Assembly (NCBI GenBank): GCA_043814605.1
Contig: JBDRJV010000007.1
Span: 131,354-195,353 of the forward strand
DNA length: 64,000 nucleotides
Direction: 5' to 3'
From: Candidatus Omnitrophota bacterium
GTDB lineage: Bacteria; Omnitrophota; Gorgyraeia; B26-G9
Part shown: piece by piece, positions 30,652 to 41,815 of the stretch
Numbering within the stretch: position 1 is the stretch's first letter
How the letters are laid out: every line of letters starts with the position of its first letter
The notes under the pieces: model-generated
The model's input: only the letters and a program-made list of their open reading frames with translations
Database searches by the model: none
What the model was told of the DNA's origin: nothing
Translations under genes and position numbers: made by a program

Positions 30652-31974
30652 CACTAGTGTCCGGTTGTTTTTTTTAATATTTTTGTAATACAATTAATTA
30701 TAACAGGTTATGAAAAAAATATCTGTAATCGATTTGAAATCAGTTTTATACTATGGTCATTCTTTTTTAAACAAACAAAAAGGAGTGGCCGATGAATATA
30801 GGAAAAACTGTCTTTGCCCAAATCATGGACTTTTTACCATTACAAGAATTTCGCAAATGCGTAAATCGAAATCAAGGAAATTACAAAGTTCAAAAATTTT
30901 CTTGCTACGATCAATTTCTTTGTATGGCTTTTGCTCAACTTACTTATCGCGAAAGCTTACGCGATATAGAAACATGTTTGCGTTCAATGCAAAGCAAACT
31001 TTATCATATCGGCTTTCGCGGGAAAATATCTCGCAGTACATTAGCCGATGCAAACGAAACTCGCAATTGCCAAATTTATGCCGACTTCGCACAAATTCTT
31101 ATCAAGACAGCAAGAGGTTTGTATCTCAACGAACCCTTTTCAATAGAATTAAAACAATCTGTTTACGCATTAGACGCAACTACAATCAACCTATGTCTTT
31201 CCTTGTTTCCTTGGTCTCATTTTCGATTAAAACAAGGTGCTATCAAACTGCATACGCTTTTAGATCTCCGAGGAGCAATCCCCTCTTTTATAAGAATTAC
31301 GCCTGCTCGTACACACGAAATAAATATCCTAAAAGAATTGATTCCAGAACCTGGTTCTTTCTATACTTTAGACCGTGGGTATTTCGATTCGGCCTCTCTT
31401 TACATGTTAAATCAGGCAAAATCATTTTTTATCATTCGAGCCAGAAAAGATTTAAATGTCCGCAGACTTTACTCTCGTCCAATAGACAAATCAGCAGGAC
31501 TCAAATACGATCAAACAGTTACCTTTGTCAGCTTTTATCCAAAAAAATGTTACCCGGAACAATTGCGCCGAATCAAATATTTCGACATAGAAAAGAACAA
31601 AAGTTTAATTTTTCTCACAAACAATTTTATTTTACCGGCTTTAACAATTACTCAACTTTACAAATGCCGTTGGCAAATTGAATTATTTTTTAAATGGATA
31701 AAACAACATTTACGCATAAAAGCTTTTTACGGAACATCAGAAAATGCGGTGAAAACCCAAATTTGGATAGCTATTTCCATATATGTGCTAATAGCAATTA
31801 TCAAAAAACAGCTAAAAATAAAGTTAAATCTCTACACAATTTTACAGATTTTTAGTGTTACTATTTTTGAGAAAATGCCGATATTACAACTACTTACAGA
31901 TTATGAATACAACAACAAATTAACTGATTCTTGTAACCAACTAGAATTATTCAACTTATAACCGGACACTAGTG
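30652..31974 (+). mobile_element. IS4-family insertion sequence (1,323 bp)
   Basis: Perfect 15-bp terminal inverted repeats: CACTAGTGTCCGGTT at 30652-30666 and AACCGGACACTAGTG at 31960-31974. It has a single DDE transposase ORF. It is flanked by an identical 16-bp direct repeat gtaacttgtaacttgt (30636-30651 and 31975-31990) within a heptamer tract. Confidence 0.85.
30792..31961 (+). CDS. IS4-family transposase (DUF4372 N-term + DDE_Tnp_1)
   Basis: 389 aa. The N-terminus MNIGKTVFAQIMDFLPLQEFRKCVNRNQGNYKVQKFSCYDQFLCMAFAQLTYRESLRDIETCL is characteristic of the IS4 family. The stop codon abuts the right IR. Confidence 0.85.
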   Translation: MNIGKTVFAQIMDFLPLQEFRKCVNRNQGNYKVQKFSCYDQFLCMAFAQLTYRESLRDIETCLRSMQSKLYHIGFRGKISRSTLADANETRNCQIYADFAQILIKTARGLYLNEPFSIELKQSVYALDATTINLCLSLFPWSHFRLKQGAIKLHTLLDLRGAIPSFIRITPARTHEINILKELIPEPGSFYTLDRGYFDSASLYMLNQAKSFFIIRARKDLNVRRLYSRPIDKSAGLKYDQTVTFVSFYPKKCYPEQLRRIKYFDIEKNKSLIFLTNNFILPALTITQLYKCRWQIELFFKWIKQHLRIKAFYGTSENAVKTQIWIAISIYVLIAIIKKQLKIKLNLYTILQIFSVTIFEKMPILQLLTDYEYNNKLTDSCNQLELFNL

Positions 31975-32016
31975 GTAACTTGTAACTTGTAACTGGTAAC
32001 CCTAACTATTAACGGT
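31975..32016 (+). repeat. Heptamer repeat tract (GTAACTT-like, 6 decaying copies) right of IS
   Basis: gtaactt gtaactt gtaactg gtaaccc taactat taacggt. Confidence 0.7.
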
Positions 32017-32023
32017 TTATATT

Positions 32024-32809
32024 ATGAACTTATTGATTGATATTGGAAATTCAAATACCACTTTTGGGATATCAAAAAATTATAAAATTAAATTTGTTTT
32101 TCATATTCCGACAAATAAAATAAAAAGTTTTTCTTTTTTTAAAAAAGAAATTCAGAAACATTTTAAAAAACAAAAACTTAGACATAAAGATATACTAAAC
32201 ATTGCTGTTTGTTCGGTTGTACCGCAACTTGATATTAAAATAAAGTCTTATTTAAAAAAGATTTTTAAAATTAAGGTCATTTTTTTTACGGGGTCTGACA
32301 TAATTATTCCGATTACGAATAAGTACAAAGCACCCCAGCAGGTTGGAAAGGATAGGCTAGTTAATGCTTTGGCAGTAAAAGATGAATATAAGCTGCCGGC
32401 TATTGTTGTAGATTTTGGCACAGCGATTACGATTGATGTGATCAATGAAAAAGCGGAATATTTAGGGGGTGTAATTGTTCCGGGAATAAATTTATCTTTA
32501 AGCTCTTTAGCGGAAAAAACTGCTTTGCTGCCTTTACTCAAAGCGCGTAAACCTAGTAAAATTCTTGGCACCAGCACGCAAAATTCTATTTTAAGCGGTA
32601 TTTTTTATGGTTATGCTTTTTTAGTTGACGGCATGATAAAAGCTTTAAAAGCAGAGCAAAAACAAAAATTTCTGGTCATTGCTACAGGTGGTAATTTAAG
32701 TTTAATGAGACCATTATGCAAGGAAATTAATATTTTTGATCAGTATTTGACTTTAAAAGGTATAGAAAAAGTGCTTTTATTTGCAAAATACAAAGAAAAT
32801 AAAAGATAA
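32024..32809 (+). CDS. coaX: Type III pantothenate kinase
   Basis: 261 aa with MNLLIDIGNSNTTFGI, VVDFGTAITIDV and ATGG. Confidence 0.85.
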   Translation: MNLLIDIGNSNTTFGISKNYKIKFVFHIPTNKIKSFSFFKKEIQKHFKKQKLRHKDILNIAVCSVVPQLDIKIKSYLKKIFKIKVIFFTGSDIIIPITNKYKAPQQVGKDRLVNALAVKDEYKLPAIVVDFGTAITIDVINEKAEYLGGVIVPGINLSLSSLAEKTALLPLLKARKPSKILGTSTQNSILSGIFYGYAFLVDGMIKALKAEQKQKFLVIATGGNLSLMRPLCKEINIFDQYLTLKGIEKVLLFAKYKENKR

Positions 32810-32910
32810 ATAGCTAAAAATACCTTAAAATCCTCAATTTTGCCTAAAAATACCTTTTTTTAACACTTGATTTAACTGTTTGTATATGTTAAGTTCTTAT
32901 AAACATAAAA

Positions 32911-32937
32911 TTAGCACTCATCAGGCGAGAGTGCTGA
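32911..32937 (+). promoter_or_regulatory. CIRCE operator (HrcA binding site) upstream of groES
   Basis: TTAGCACTC-N9-GAGTGCTGA, with one mismatch to the consensus TTAGCACTC-N9-GAGTGCTAA. It lies 24 nt upstream of the groES ATG. Confidence 0.8.
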
Positions 32938-32960
32938 TAAAAAAAAAGGGAGGTGTTTGT

Positions 32961-33251
32961 ATGAAAATTAAGCCATTAGGTGATCGAATTTTAGTAAAGG
33001 TTTTGGAGGCTAAGGAAAAAACAGAAAGTGGAATTTTTTTGCCAGATACGGCAAAAGAAAAACCCCAGGAAGCAGAAGTAATTGCTGTCGGAATGGGTAA
33101 GGTTTTAGAAAGCGGGAAAGTTCAGGCGCCGGAAGTTAAAGTTAAAGATAAAGTTTTGTTTGGAAAGTATTCTGGGACAAATGTTTCAACCCAGGACGGA
33201 AAAGAATATCTAATACTCAGAGAAGAAGATATTTTAGCAATTATCAGTTAA
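32961..33251 (+). CDS. groES: Co-chaperonin GroES
   Basis: [44 protein letters not shown] behind the RBS AAGGGAGG. The longer six-frame ORF from 32880 reads through the CIRCE element and is rejected. Confidence 0.9.
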   Translation: MKIKPLGDRILVKVLEAKEKTESGIFLPDTAKEKPQEAEVIAVGMGKVLESGKVQAPEVKVKDKVLFGKYSGTNVSTQDGKEYLILREEDILAIIS

Positions 33252-33272
33252 CGTTTTATAATTAGGAGGTGA

Positions 33273-34916
<1,644 letters not shown>

Positions 34917-34936
34917 TACCGCATTTGGGTAATTTT

Positions 34937-34975
34937 AAACCCGCAGAAAGTATGGTCTTTCTGCGGGTTTTTTAT
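34937..34975 (+). terminator. Rho-independent terminator after groEL
   Basis: AAACCCGCAGAAAG-tatggt-CTTTCTGCGGGTTT followed by TTTT. Confidence 0.8.
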
Positions 34976-34978
34976 TAA

Positions 34979-35007
34979 TTGACAGTGTTTTTATTTTATG
35001 TTATATT
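34979..35007 (+). promoter_or_regulatory. Sigma-70-type promoter
   Basis: TTGACA, a 17-nt spacer, then TATATT, upstream of the GuaB3-like gene. Confidence 0.5.
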
Positions 35008-35093
35008 TAACATTCATTACTTTCTGATTTGCTTAGTATTAAATAAGTTATGAGAAAAATAAAATTAAAATTAACTCGGGGAGGCAATAAAAA

Positions 35094-36254
35094 ATGGCTC
35101 AATTTATTGGTAGAGGCCGTAAATCTCGGCGTTGCTATGGGTTTGATGAGGTAGCTTTAGTTCCGGGGATGGTAACAATTAATCCTAACGAAGTCGATAC
35201 AAATTTTATTTTAGGTGATAAAAAGTATAGAGTACCGATTATTGCTGCAGCTATGGATGGAGTAGTGGATGTTAATTTTGCCGTGAAAATGGGCCAATTA
35301 GGCGGTTTAGCAGTTTTAAATTTGGAAGGAGTACAAACCCGCTATGAAAATCCAGATGAGGTTTTAGATGAAATTGCTCAAGCAAATCCAGAAGAAGCCA
35401 CGAAATTGGTGCAAGGTATTTATCATGAACCGATAAAAGAAAAGCTGGTTGCGGTAAGAGTGCAACAAATAAAAAAGAAAAAAGTGCCTTGTGTTGTTAG
35501 TGCTATTCCTCAACGGGCAGAAAAATTTGGCGCTTTAGCACAGGAAGCTGGCGCGGATATTTTTGTTGTTCAATCTACAGTAACATCAGTACGTCACATA
35601 TCTACTGAATATAAAGCATTGAATTTGGCAAAATTTTGTAAGGCAATGAAAATCCCTGTAATTGTCGGAAATTGTGTTAGTTATAATGTAGCTTTAGAAT
35701 TATTTGAAACCGGATCAAGTGGGTTACTGGTGGGAATTGGACCAGGAGCAGCATGTACGACCCGAGGTGTTTTGGGTATTGGGGTGCCGCAAGTAACTTC
35801 AACTTGTGATGTAGCGGCAGCGCGTGATTTTTATTTTAAGAAAACCGGAAAATATATTCCCATAATAACGGATGGAGGTATGCGTACTGGCGGGGATATT
35901 TGTAAAGCTTTTGCTTGCGGGGCTGATTCAGTTATGGTTGGTTCGGCTTTTGCCCGGGCAAAAGAGGCACCCGGACGGGGATATCATTGGGGCATGGCTA
36001 CGCCGCATGCAAATTTACCGCGTGGAACAAGAATTTATGTGGGAACTACCGGTACTTTAGAAGAAATTTTATTCGGGCCAGCCCGTTTAGACGATGGTTC
36101 ACAAAATTTGGTGGGAGCATTAGCTTTGTCTATGGGATCTGTAGGCGCAAAAACAATAAAAGAAATGAACCTGACGGAAATTATTATTGCTCCTTCTATT
36201 CAGACCGAAGGAAAAATATTTCAGCAGGTGCAACGTGTAGGAATGGGAAAATAA
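35094..36254 (+). CDS. IMP dehydrogenase family protein lacking CBS domains (GuaB3-like)
   Basis: 386 aa TIM-barrel of the IMPDH/GMPR family with VPIIAAAMDGVVD, GGLAVLNLEG, GIGPGAACTTR and GSAFA. Confidence 0.65.
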   Translation: MAQFIGRGRKSRRCYGFDEVALVPGMVTINPNEVDTNFILGDKKYRVPIIAAAMDGVVDVNFAVKMGQLGGLAVLNLEGVQTRYENPDEVLDEIAQANPEEATKLVQGIYHEPIKEKLVAVRVQQIKKKKVPCVVSAIPQRAEKFGALAQEAGADIFVVQSTVTSVRHISTEYKALNLAKFCKAMKIPVIVGNCVSYNVALELFETGSSGLLVGIGPGAACTTRGVLGIGVPQVTSTCDVAAARDFYFKKTGKYIPIITDGGMRTGGDICKAFACGADSVMVGSAFARAKEAPGRGYHWGMATPHANLPRGTRIYVGTTGTLEEILFGPARLDDGSQNLVGALALSMGSVGAKTIKEMNLTEIIIAPSIQTEGKIFQQVQRVGMGK

Positions 36255-36301
36255 GTTTTGTAAAAATAACAAGTCAAAAATCTAAAGTTAAAAACAAGAA
36301 A

Positions 36302-38065
36302 ATGTTTAGAACACATAATTGCAATGAATTAACGCTCGAACATGAAAATAAAGAAGTGATTCTTTCCGGCTGGATAAATTCCCGGCGTGATCATGGTGGT
36401 TTGATTTTTATAGATTTACGCGATCGTTATGGATTAACACAAATAGTGTTAGATCCTCAAGTGAATGCGCAGGTACATGATCAGGCACAAATATTAAGAA
36501 ATGAATTTGTAATTTGTGTTAAAGGGAAAGTTAATAAAAGGCCACAAGGAACCATTAATCCAAAGCTAGTTACGGGCCAGATCGAGGTGCATGTAGATAA
36601 TTTAGAAATTCTTAATAAAGCTAATCCTTTGCCTTTTGAAATAAACGATGAACGGGAAGTCAATGAAGAGTTACGTCTTAAGTATCGTTTTCTTGACCTA
36701 AGAAAAAAAAGAATGAAAGAAAACCTGATTCTAAGATCAAAGGTTTTTAAAATAATCCGGGATTTTATGGATCAAGAAAATTTTATCGAAGTGGAAACTC
36801 CGATATTGACAAAAAGTACTCCCGAAGGGGCCAGAGACTATTTAGTCCCCAGCCGCGTTAATCCGGGTTTATTTTTTGCCCTGCCGCAATCACCGCAATT
36901 ATTTAAGCAAATTTTAATGGTTTCTGGTTTTGATAAATATTATCAAATTGCAAAGTGTTTTCTGGATGAAGATTTAAGAAAAGACCGCCAGCCTGAATTT
37001 ACACAGCTGGATATTGAGATGTCTTTTGTGAGCGAAGATGAAATTTATGTATTAATGGAAAAACTAATTGCCGCTATATTTCAAAAAGCACTGGGGAAGA
37101 TAATACCTATCCCTTTTAAACGTTTTACCCATAAAGTGGCAATGGAGCGTTATGGTACGGATAAGCCTGATTTACGTTATGATATGCAGTTATATGATTT
37201 GAGCGATCTTGTTATTGGTTCGGAATTTATGGTGTTTAAGAATGTGATCGAATCAAAAGGAAAAATATTGGGTATGAATGTATCCGGAGCCGGAAAATTT
37301 TCTGCTAAAGATTTAGATGATTTAATACAAAAAGCAAAAGATCTAGGCGCTAAAGGATTAGTCTGGGTCAAAATTGGTGCTGACGGATACCAGTCTCCTG
37401 TGAAAAAGCATTTAGGCCAGGAATTACTGGAGAGGTTAGCTGAGAAGGTGAAAGCAACAAAGGGCGATTTATTATTGATTGTTGCGGATATGCCAAAAAC
37501 CGCAATGTCTGTTTTAGGCACAATACGGATAGCTGTAGCGGAAAAATTGGGCCTAGATAAAAATAATGATCAACTTAATTTTCTTTGGGTAACAGATTTT
37601 CCGTTATTTCAATATAACCCCGATACAAAAAGATGGGATTCTGAGCACCATCCTTTTACTGCTCCCAAACCAGAAGATATTCCATACCTTGATTCTGATT
37701 TAACCCGGGTACGTTCTTGTGCTTATGATTTGGTAGTGAATGGTACAGAATTAGGCAGTGGAAGTATTCGTATTCATCAGCAGGAATTACAAGAAAAAAT
37801 CTTTAAAATTTTAGGAATGAATCCGGCTGAGGTTAAAAAAAAATTTGGGTTTTTACTGGAAGCTTTTAAGTTTGGCGCTCCGCCGCACGGAGGCATTGCT
37901 CCGGGGCTGGATAGACTTTTAACAATTATGACCAATAGTTCAAGTATCCGAGATGTAATTGCTTTTCCGAAAACACAAAAAGCTTGGTGCCCCTTAACTG
38001 ATGCACCGTCGGAAGTTTCCGATACACAGCTTAAAGATCTTAATTTGACAATAGATAAGGAATGA
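36302..38065 (+). CDS. aspS: Aspartate--tRNA ligase
   Basis: The N-terminus MFRTHNCNELTLEHENKEVILSGWINSRRDHGGLIFIDLRDRYG matches AspS. Class II motifs FRDE-like, GSIRIHQQELQ and GGIAPGLDRL are present. The six-frame ORF from 35987 is an in-frame upstream extension overlapping the previous gene. Confidence 0.9.
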   Translation: MFRTHNCNELTLEHENKEVILSGWINSRRDHGGLIFIDLRDRYGLTQIVLDPQVNAQVHDQAQILRNEFVICVKGKVNKRPQGTINPKLVTGQIEVHVDNLEILNKANPLPFEINDEREVNEELRLKYRFLDLRKKRMKENLILRSKVFKIIRDFMDQENFIEVETPILTKSTPEGARDYLVPSRVNPGLFFALPQSPQLFKQILMVSGFDKYYQIAKCFLDEDLRKDRQPEFTQLDIEMSFVSEDEIYVLMEKLIAAIFQKALGKIIPIPFKRFTHKVAMERYGTDKPDLRYDMQLYDLSDLVIGSEFMVFKNVIESKGKILGMNVSGAGKFSAKDLDDLIQKAKDLGAKGLVWVKIGADGYQSPVKKHLGQELLERLAEKVKATKGDLLLIVADMPKTAMSVLGTIRIAVAEKLGLDKNNDQLNFLWVTDFPLFQYNPDTKRWDSEHHPFTAPKPEDIPYLDSDLTRVRSCAYDLVVNGTELGSGSIRIHQQELQEKIFKILGMNPAEVKKKFGFLLEAFKFGAPPHGGIAPGLDRLLTIMTNSSSIRDVIAFPKTQKAWCPLTDAPSEVSDTQLKDLNLTIDKE

Positions 38066-38177
38066 ACTATAATAGATTGCACTTATATCGCTTAATTAAT
38101 AATGAGTCTTTAATTTTAATCATCTAATAATTTAAAAGGCGCTTTTATGCCTGAAGTTAATCAGGAGGTGCTTGAGA

Positions 38178-38798
38178 ATGAAAAAGAATTTATTTTTGTT
38201 TTTAATTATTTGTCTGGTGGGGATGAGCGCCAGTGGATGTGCGAAAAGAGTTAAAATCACAACGATCGAAAAAGAACGTATTGATCAAGATACCACAGCG
38301 GGTAACCAAGGTTTTATTGCAGGAACTCCGCCGCCGCAAGATGAGTTTAAAGTACGTGCGACAACGAGAGAAATTTATCAAGTCACTTTAGATTTACCGC
38401 CTTATCCGCAATGGAAAAATTTTAGGTTTAAGCCGACAGAAGATAAAAAATTATGGGGAAATCGGGGCTATATTTATGGCGGACCGCAGTTAATCGAAAA
38501 AGAAGAAACAGAGCCAATACAGCCGGCGGAAAGCGAAAATATAATTTTGCCTGATGCAGAAGAAGATATTCAAGAAAAAGAGGAAGTTCAGGATTTTACT
38601 CTCCCGGCGCAAACTTATGAAGAAGAATCCGCGTTTACTGATTATGTTGTGAAAAAAGGGGATACCTTACAGAAAATTTCTTTAAAAGTATATGGGACAA
38701 CTAAAAAGTGGAAAAAGATTTTTGATTTTAATAGTGGTGTATTAAAAAATCCAAACAAAATTTATCCCGGCCAAAAAATTAAGATTCCGCAAATGTAG
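38178..38798 (+). CDS. LysM domain lipoprotein
   Basis: The lipoprotein signal is MKKNLFLFLIICLVGMSASGCAK. The C-terminal LysM is YVVKKGDTLQKISLKVYG…IYPGQKIKIP. The RBS AGGAGG is 8 nt upstream. Confidence 0.65.
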   Translation: MKKNLFLFLIICLVGMSASGCAKRVKITTIEKERIDQDTTAGNQGFIAGTPPPQDEFKVRATTREIYQVTLDLPPYPQWKNFRFKPTEDKKLWGNRGYIYGGPQLIEKEETEPIQPAESENIILPDAEEDIQEKEEVQDFTLPAQTYEEESAFTDYVVKKGDTLQKISLKVYGTTKKWKKIFDFNSGVLKNPNKIYPGQKIKIPQM

Positions 38799-38818
38799 AA
38801 AATTTTTAATTAAAATGC

Positions 38819-39778
38819 ATGAAGAAAAATATAAATATTGATAGTCATGAAGAAGCAAAAATTCTTTTTGGCCGACATGATGAAAATATAAAGATTATTG
38901 AAAAAGAACTCACCGTACAAATAATTACTCGAGGAGAAACACTTACCGTTAAGGGGAAAGAAAAAGAAGTAAATCTGGCCATAAAGTTAATAACAGAATT
39001 GATAGATTTTATCCGCACCGGCAGTGATTTAAAGCATGAAGATATCATTTGTGCGTTAAATTCGCAAGGGCTGGGCAAGAAAAGGCAGGAAAGTGATTTA
39101 ACCTATAGACGTATTAACGTGATGGGTAAAAAACAGTTTACTACTCCTAAAACTCCTGGCCAAAGCAAATATGTTGATGCGATTCGTGAATCAGATATTA
39201 CTTTTTGTATTGGTCCGGCAGGAACAGGTAAAACTTATTTAGCCGTGGCGATGGCTATTTCCGCTTTAAAAGCCGGAGAGGTTAACCGGATTGTTTTGAC
39301 CCGTCCAGCAATAGAAGCAGGGGAGAGTTTAGGGTTTTTGCCAGGGGATTTATCCGAAAAGATCACACCCTATTTAAGGCCGGTGTATGATGCGCTTTAT
39401 GAAATGATGGATCAAGATAAAGTAGAGAATTATTTAGAACGTAATATTATTGAAATTGCTCCGTTAGCTTACATGCGGGGCAGAACTTTAAATGATTCCT
39501 TTATTGTTTTGGATGAAGCTCAAAATAGCACACAAGAGCAAATGAAAATGTTTTTAACCCGGTTGGGTTTTGATTCCAAAACAGTGATTACCGGGGATAT
39601 TACGCAAGTTGATTTGCCGGTGAATAAAAAGTCAGGTTTATTGCAAGCGCAAAAAATTTTAAAGGGTATAAACGGAATCAGTTTCACTTATTTAACAGAC
39701 AAAGATGTAATCCGGCATAAGTTAGTTAAAGAAATTATTAAGGCTTATGCACAACTTGATCATAGTTTAAAATCCTAA
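38819..39778 (+). CDS. phoH: PhoH family ATPase
   Basis: 319 aa with Walker A GPAGTGKTYLAVAMAI, IVLTRPAIEAGE and FIVLDEAQN. Confidence 0.85.
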   Translation: MKKNINIDSHEEAKILFGRHDENIKIIEKELTVQIITRGETLTVKGKEKEVNLAIKLITELIDFIRTGSDLKHEDIICALNSQGLGKKRQESDLTYRRINVMGKKQFTTPKTPGQSKYVDAIRESDITFCIGPAGTGKTYLAVAMAISALKAGEVNRIVLTRPAIEAGESLGFLPGDLSEKITPYLRPVYDALYEMMDQDKVENYLERNIIEIAPLAYMRGRTLNDSFIVLDEAQNSTQEQMKMFLTRLGFDSKTVITGDITQVDLPVNKKSGLLQAQKILKGINGISFTYLTDKDVIRHKLVKEIIKAYAQLDHSLKS

Positions 39779-39780
39779 AT

Positions 39781-41442
39781 ATGAAAAATATAATTAGTGA
39801 CTCAAATCCTCAAAAAATTAAACATTCTTTGCAGATAATTATCCCGATTTTTATCTGTATTGTTTTAGCGATAAGTATTTTTATCGGGAGAGATTTTCTG
39901 GTCGTGGGAAAATATTATATTCAGGGACAAATAAGTCAAAGGGATATTTTTGCCCCTTTTGATTTTTCTTTTACGGATACGAATCTGCAAAACATTGAAG
40001 TTAAGAAAAATGAATTAATTGTCGAGCGCGGGGAGAAAATTAATAAGACACAGGAATTAGCGATTTTAAAATTACAATCAATGCAAAACCAGCCGAAAAA
40101 TCTCTATTATTATTTAGGTCTTTTTTTATTGCTGCTTATTTTTTCTGTGATCGTGGCAACGTATGTAAGTATCCGGCGCGATAAGATTTTGTTTAATATT
40201 AAAAATGTAATTTTGTTGTGTCTTTTAATCATATTATTAATTTTGAGTGCCAAAGCAATTTTAATCTCCCAATGGCCGATTTATTTAATTCCTGTTGCCA
40301 GTGTAGTGATGCTGGCCGCAATTCTTATTGACCCAGGAATTGCGATGATGCTTACGGTTTTACTGAGTGTTTATACCGGGGTATTAACCGGTGTACGCTT
40401 TGACATTATGCTGATTATGCTTTCCGGAGGCATTGTGAGTATTTATACTGTGTTAAATGTGCGCCGCCGGCGCAGTTTGACCAAAGCCGGTATATTAATC
40501 GGATTGACTAATTTTATTGCGGTTGTCTGTATCGGTCTGATTAATTTTGTACCGATTAATCGTTTAATTATTCAAGGGGCATGGGGGTTTGCTAATGGTA
40601 TGCTGTGTGCGGTGATTGTCACCGGACTTCTCCCGATTTTTGAAATAATTTTTCAAATAATGACGAATATCAGCCTGCTGGAATTGTCCGACTTAAATCA
40701 GCCGCTGTTAAAAGACTTAGTTTTAAAAGCACCGGGAACTTATCATCATAGTCTGGTTGTCGGAAATTTAGCAGAATCTGCCGCAGAAGCTGTTGGGGCA
40801 AATAGTTTATTAGCACGTGTCGGAGCTTATTTTCATGATATTGGGAAAATACGTATGGCACCGTATTTTAGCGAGAATCAGTCTCATGCTGAAAATAAGC
40901 ATGAAACTCTCAGCCCGACAATTAGCAGTTTGATTATTATTAATCATATCAAAGAGGGTGTAGATCTTGCCAAAAAACATAAGTTAGGCAAAGCAATTAA
41001 TGATGTTATTGCGCAACATCACGGTGATGACGTTGTTCATTTCTTTTATATGCGGGCACTGGAACAGAATCAAGAGGATAAAACTAAAATTGAATCAGAA
41101 AATTTTAGGTATCCCGGGCCAAAACCGCAATTTAAAGAAGCTGCGATTGTGATGTTGGCGGATTCAGTGGAAGCGGCTTCACGCGCCATGCCGCAGCCGA
41201 CACCAGCAAAAATAAAAGATGTAGTTAACCGGATCATCAATAATAAATTTATTGGCGGCCAACTCGACGAATGTGATTTAACCCTAAAAGATTTACATAT
41301 TATTTCAGAGATATTTACGCATATTTTAAACGGAATTTTTCACACACGCGTGGAGTACCCAGAGTTAAATCAAAATGGTGATGAACAAAATAAAAATAAA
41401 GAATCTTCAGAAAAAAACAAAAATAAACCAAAAAAAACTTAG
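39781..41442 (+). CDS. 7TM receptor with intracellular HD hydrolase domain (HDIG, YqfF-like)
   Basis: 553 aa with seven TM helices and a C-terminal HD domain: HSLVVGNLAE…YFHDIGK…AQHHGD. Confidence 0.8.
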   Translation: MKNIISDSNPQKIKHSLQIIIPIFICIVLAISIFIGRDFLVVGKYYIQGQISQRDIFAPFDFSFTDTNLQNIEVKKNELIVERGEKINKTQELAILKLQSMQNQPKNLYYYLGLFLLLLIFSVIVATYVSIRRDKILFNIKNVILLCLLIILLILSAKAILISQWPIYLIPVASVVMLAAILIDPGIAMMLTVLLSVYTGVLTGVRFDIMLIMLSGGIVSIYTVLNVRRRRSLTKAGILIGLTNFIAVVCIGLINFVPINRLIIQGAWGFANGMLCAVIVTGLLPIFEIIFQIMTNISLLELSDLNQPLLKDLVLKAPGTYHHSLVVGNLAESAAEAVGANSLLARVGAYFHDIGKIRMAPYFSENQSHAENKHETLSPTISSLIIINHIKEGVDLAKKHKLGKAINDVIAQHHGDDVVHFFYMRALEQNQEDKTKIESENFRYPGPKPQFKEAAIVMLADSVEAASRAMPQPTPAKIKDVVNRIINNKFIGGQLDECDLTLKDLHIISEIFTHILNGIFHTRVEYPELNQNGDEQNKNKESSEKNKNKPKKT

Positions 41443-41815
41443 AAGTTTTGCCGAAAAAGTTTTAAAAAATAAAGGCATTGATAAAACTGAATTAAGTGTG
41501 CTTTTAGTTGATAACCTAAAAATAAAACAGCTAAATGAAAAATATCTCGGTAAAAATTCTGCGACAGATGTGCTTGCCTTTAGAATGGCGGATGGCGATT
41601 TTAATGAAATACATCCGGAAATCCTAGGGGATGTAATTATTTCACTGGAAATGGCAAAAAAATGCGCCAAACAACTAAACTCCAGATGGGAAGAAGAAGT
41701 TTATTTATATCTTACACATGGAATCCTGCATTTGCTAGGTTATTCGGATTTGACGGAAAAAGGATTTAACCAGATGCAGGAAATGCAAAAGGAGATTTTA
41801 GAAAAATGTGCATAG
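41375..41815 (+). CDS. ybeY: rRNA maturation endoribonuclease YbeY
   Basis: VLLVD…TDVLAF…and the zinc motif HGILHLLGYSD. The start is uncertain and overlaps the upstream gene's lysine-rich tail. Confidence 0.85.
   Translation: MVMNKIKIKNLQKKTKINQKKLRSFAEKVLKNKGIDKTELSVLLVDNLKIKQLNEKYLGKNSATDVLAFRMADGDFNEIHPEILGDVIISLEMAKKCAKQLNSRWEEEVYLYLTHGILHLLGYSDLTEKGFNQMQEMQKEILEKCA

Noticed and set aside
30710-31681. 323-aa ORF overlapping the IS transposase in another frame
   Set aside because: Its translation is Arg/Ser/Cys-rich nonsense with no domain. It lies entirely within the IS, while the +2-frame 389-aa ORF has a textbook IS4 transposase N-terminus.
32880-32960. Extended GroES ORF starting [26 protein letters not shown]
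   Set aside because: It reads straight through the CIRCE operator and promoter. The canonical GroES start [13 protein letters not shown] with an AGGGAGG RBS is at 32961.
35872-36060. 62-aa ORF inside the GuaB3-like gene
   Set aside because: Alternate frame within a conserved TIM-barrel coding region. No support.
35987-36301. Upstream extension of the aspS ORF (692-aa version) overlapping the GuaB3-like gene
   Set aside because: The extension overlaps the preceding gene in another frame and has no homology. The conserved AspS N-terminus begins at MFRTHNCNEL (ATG 36302).
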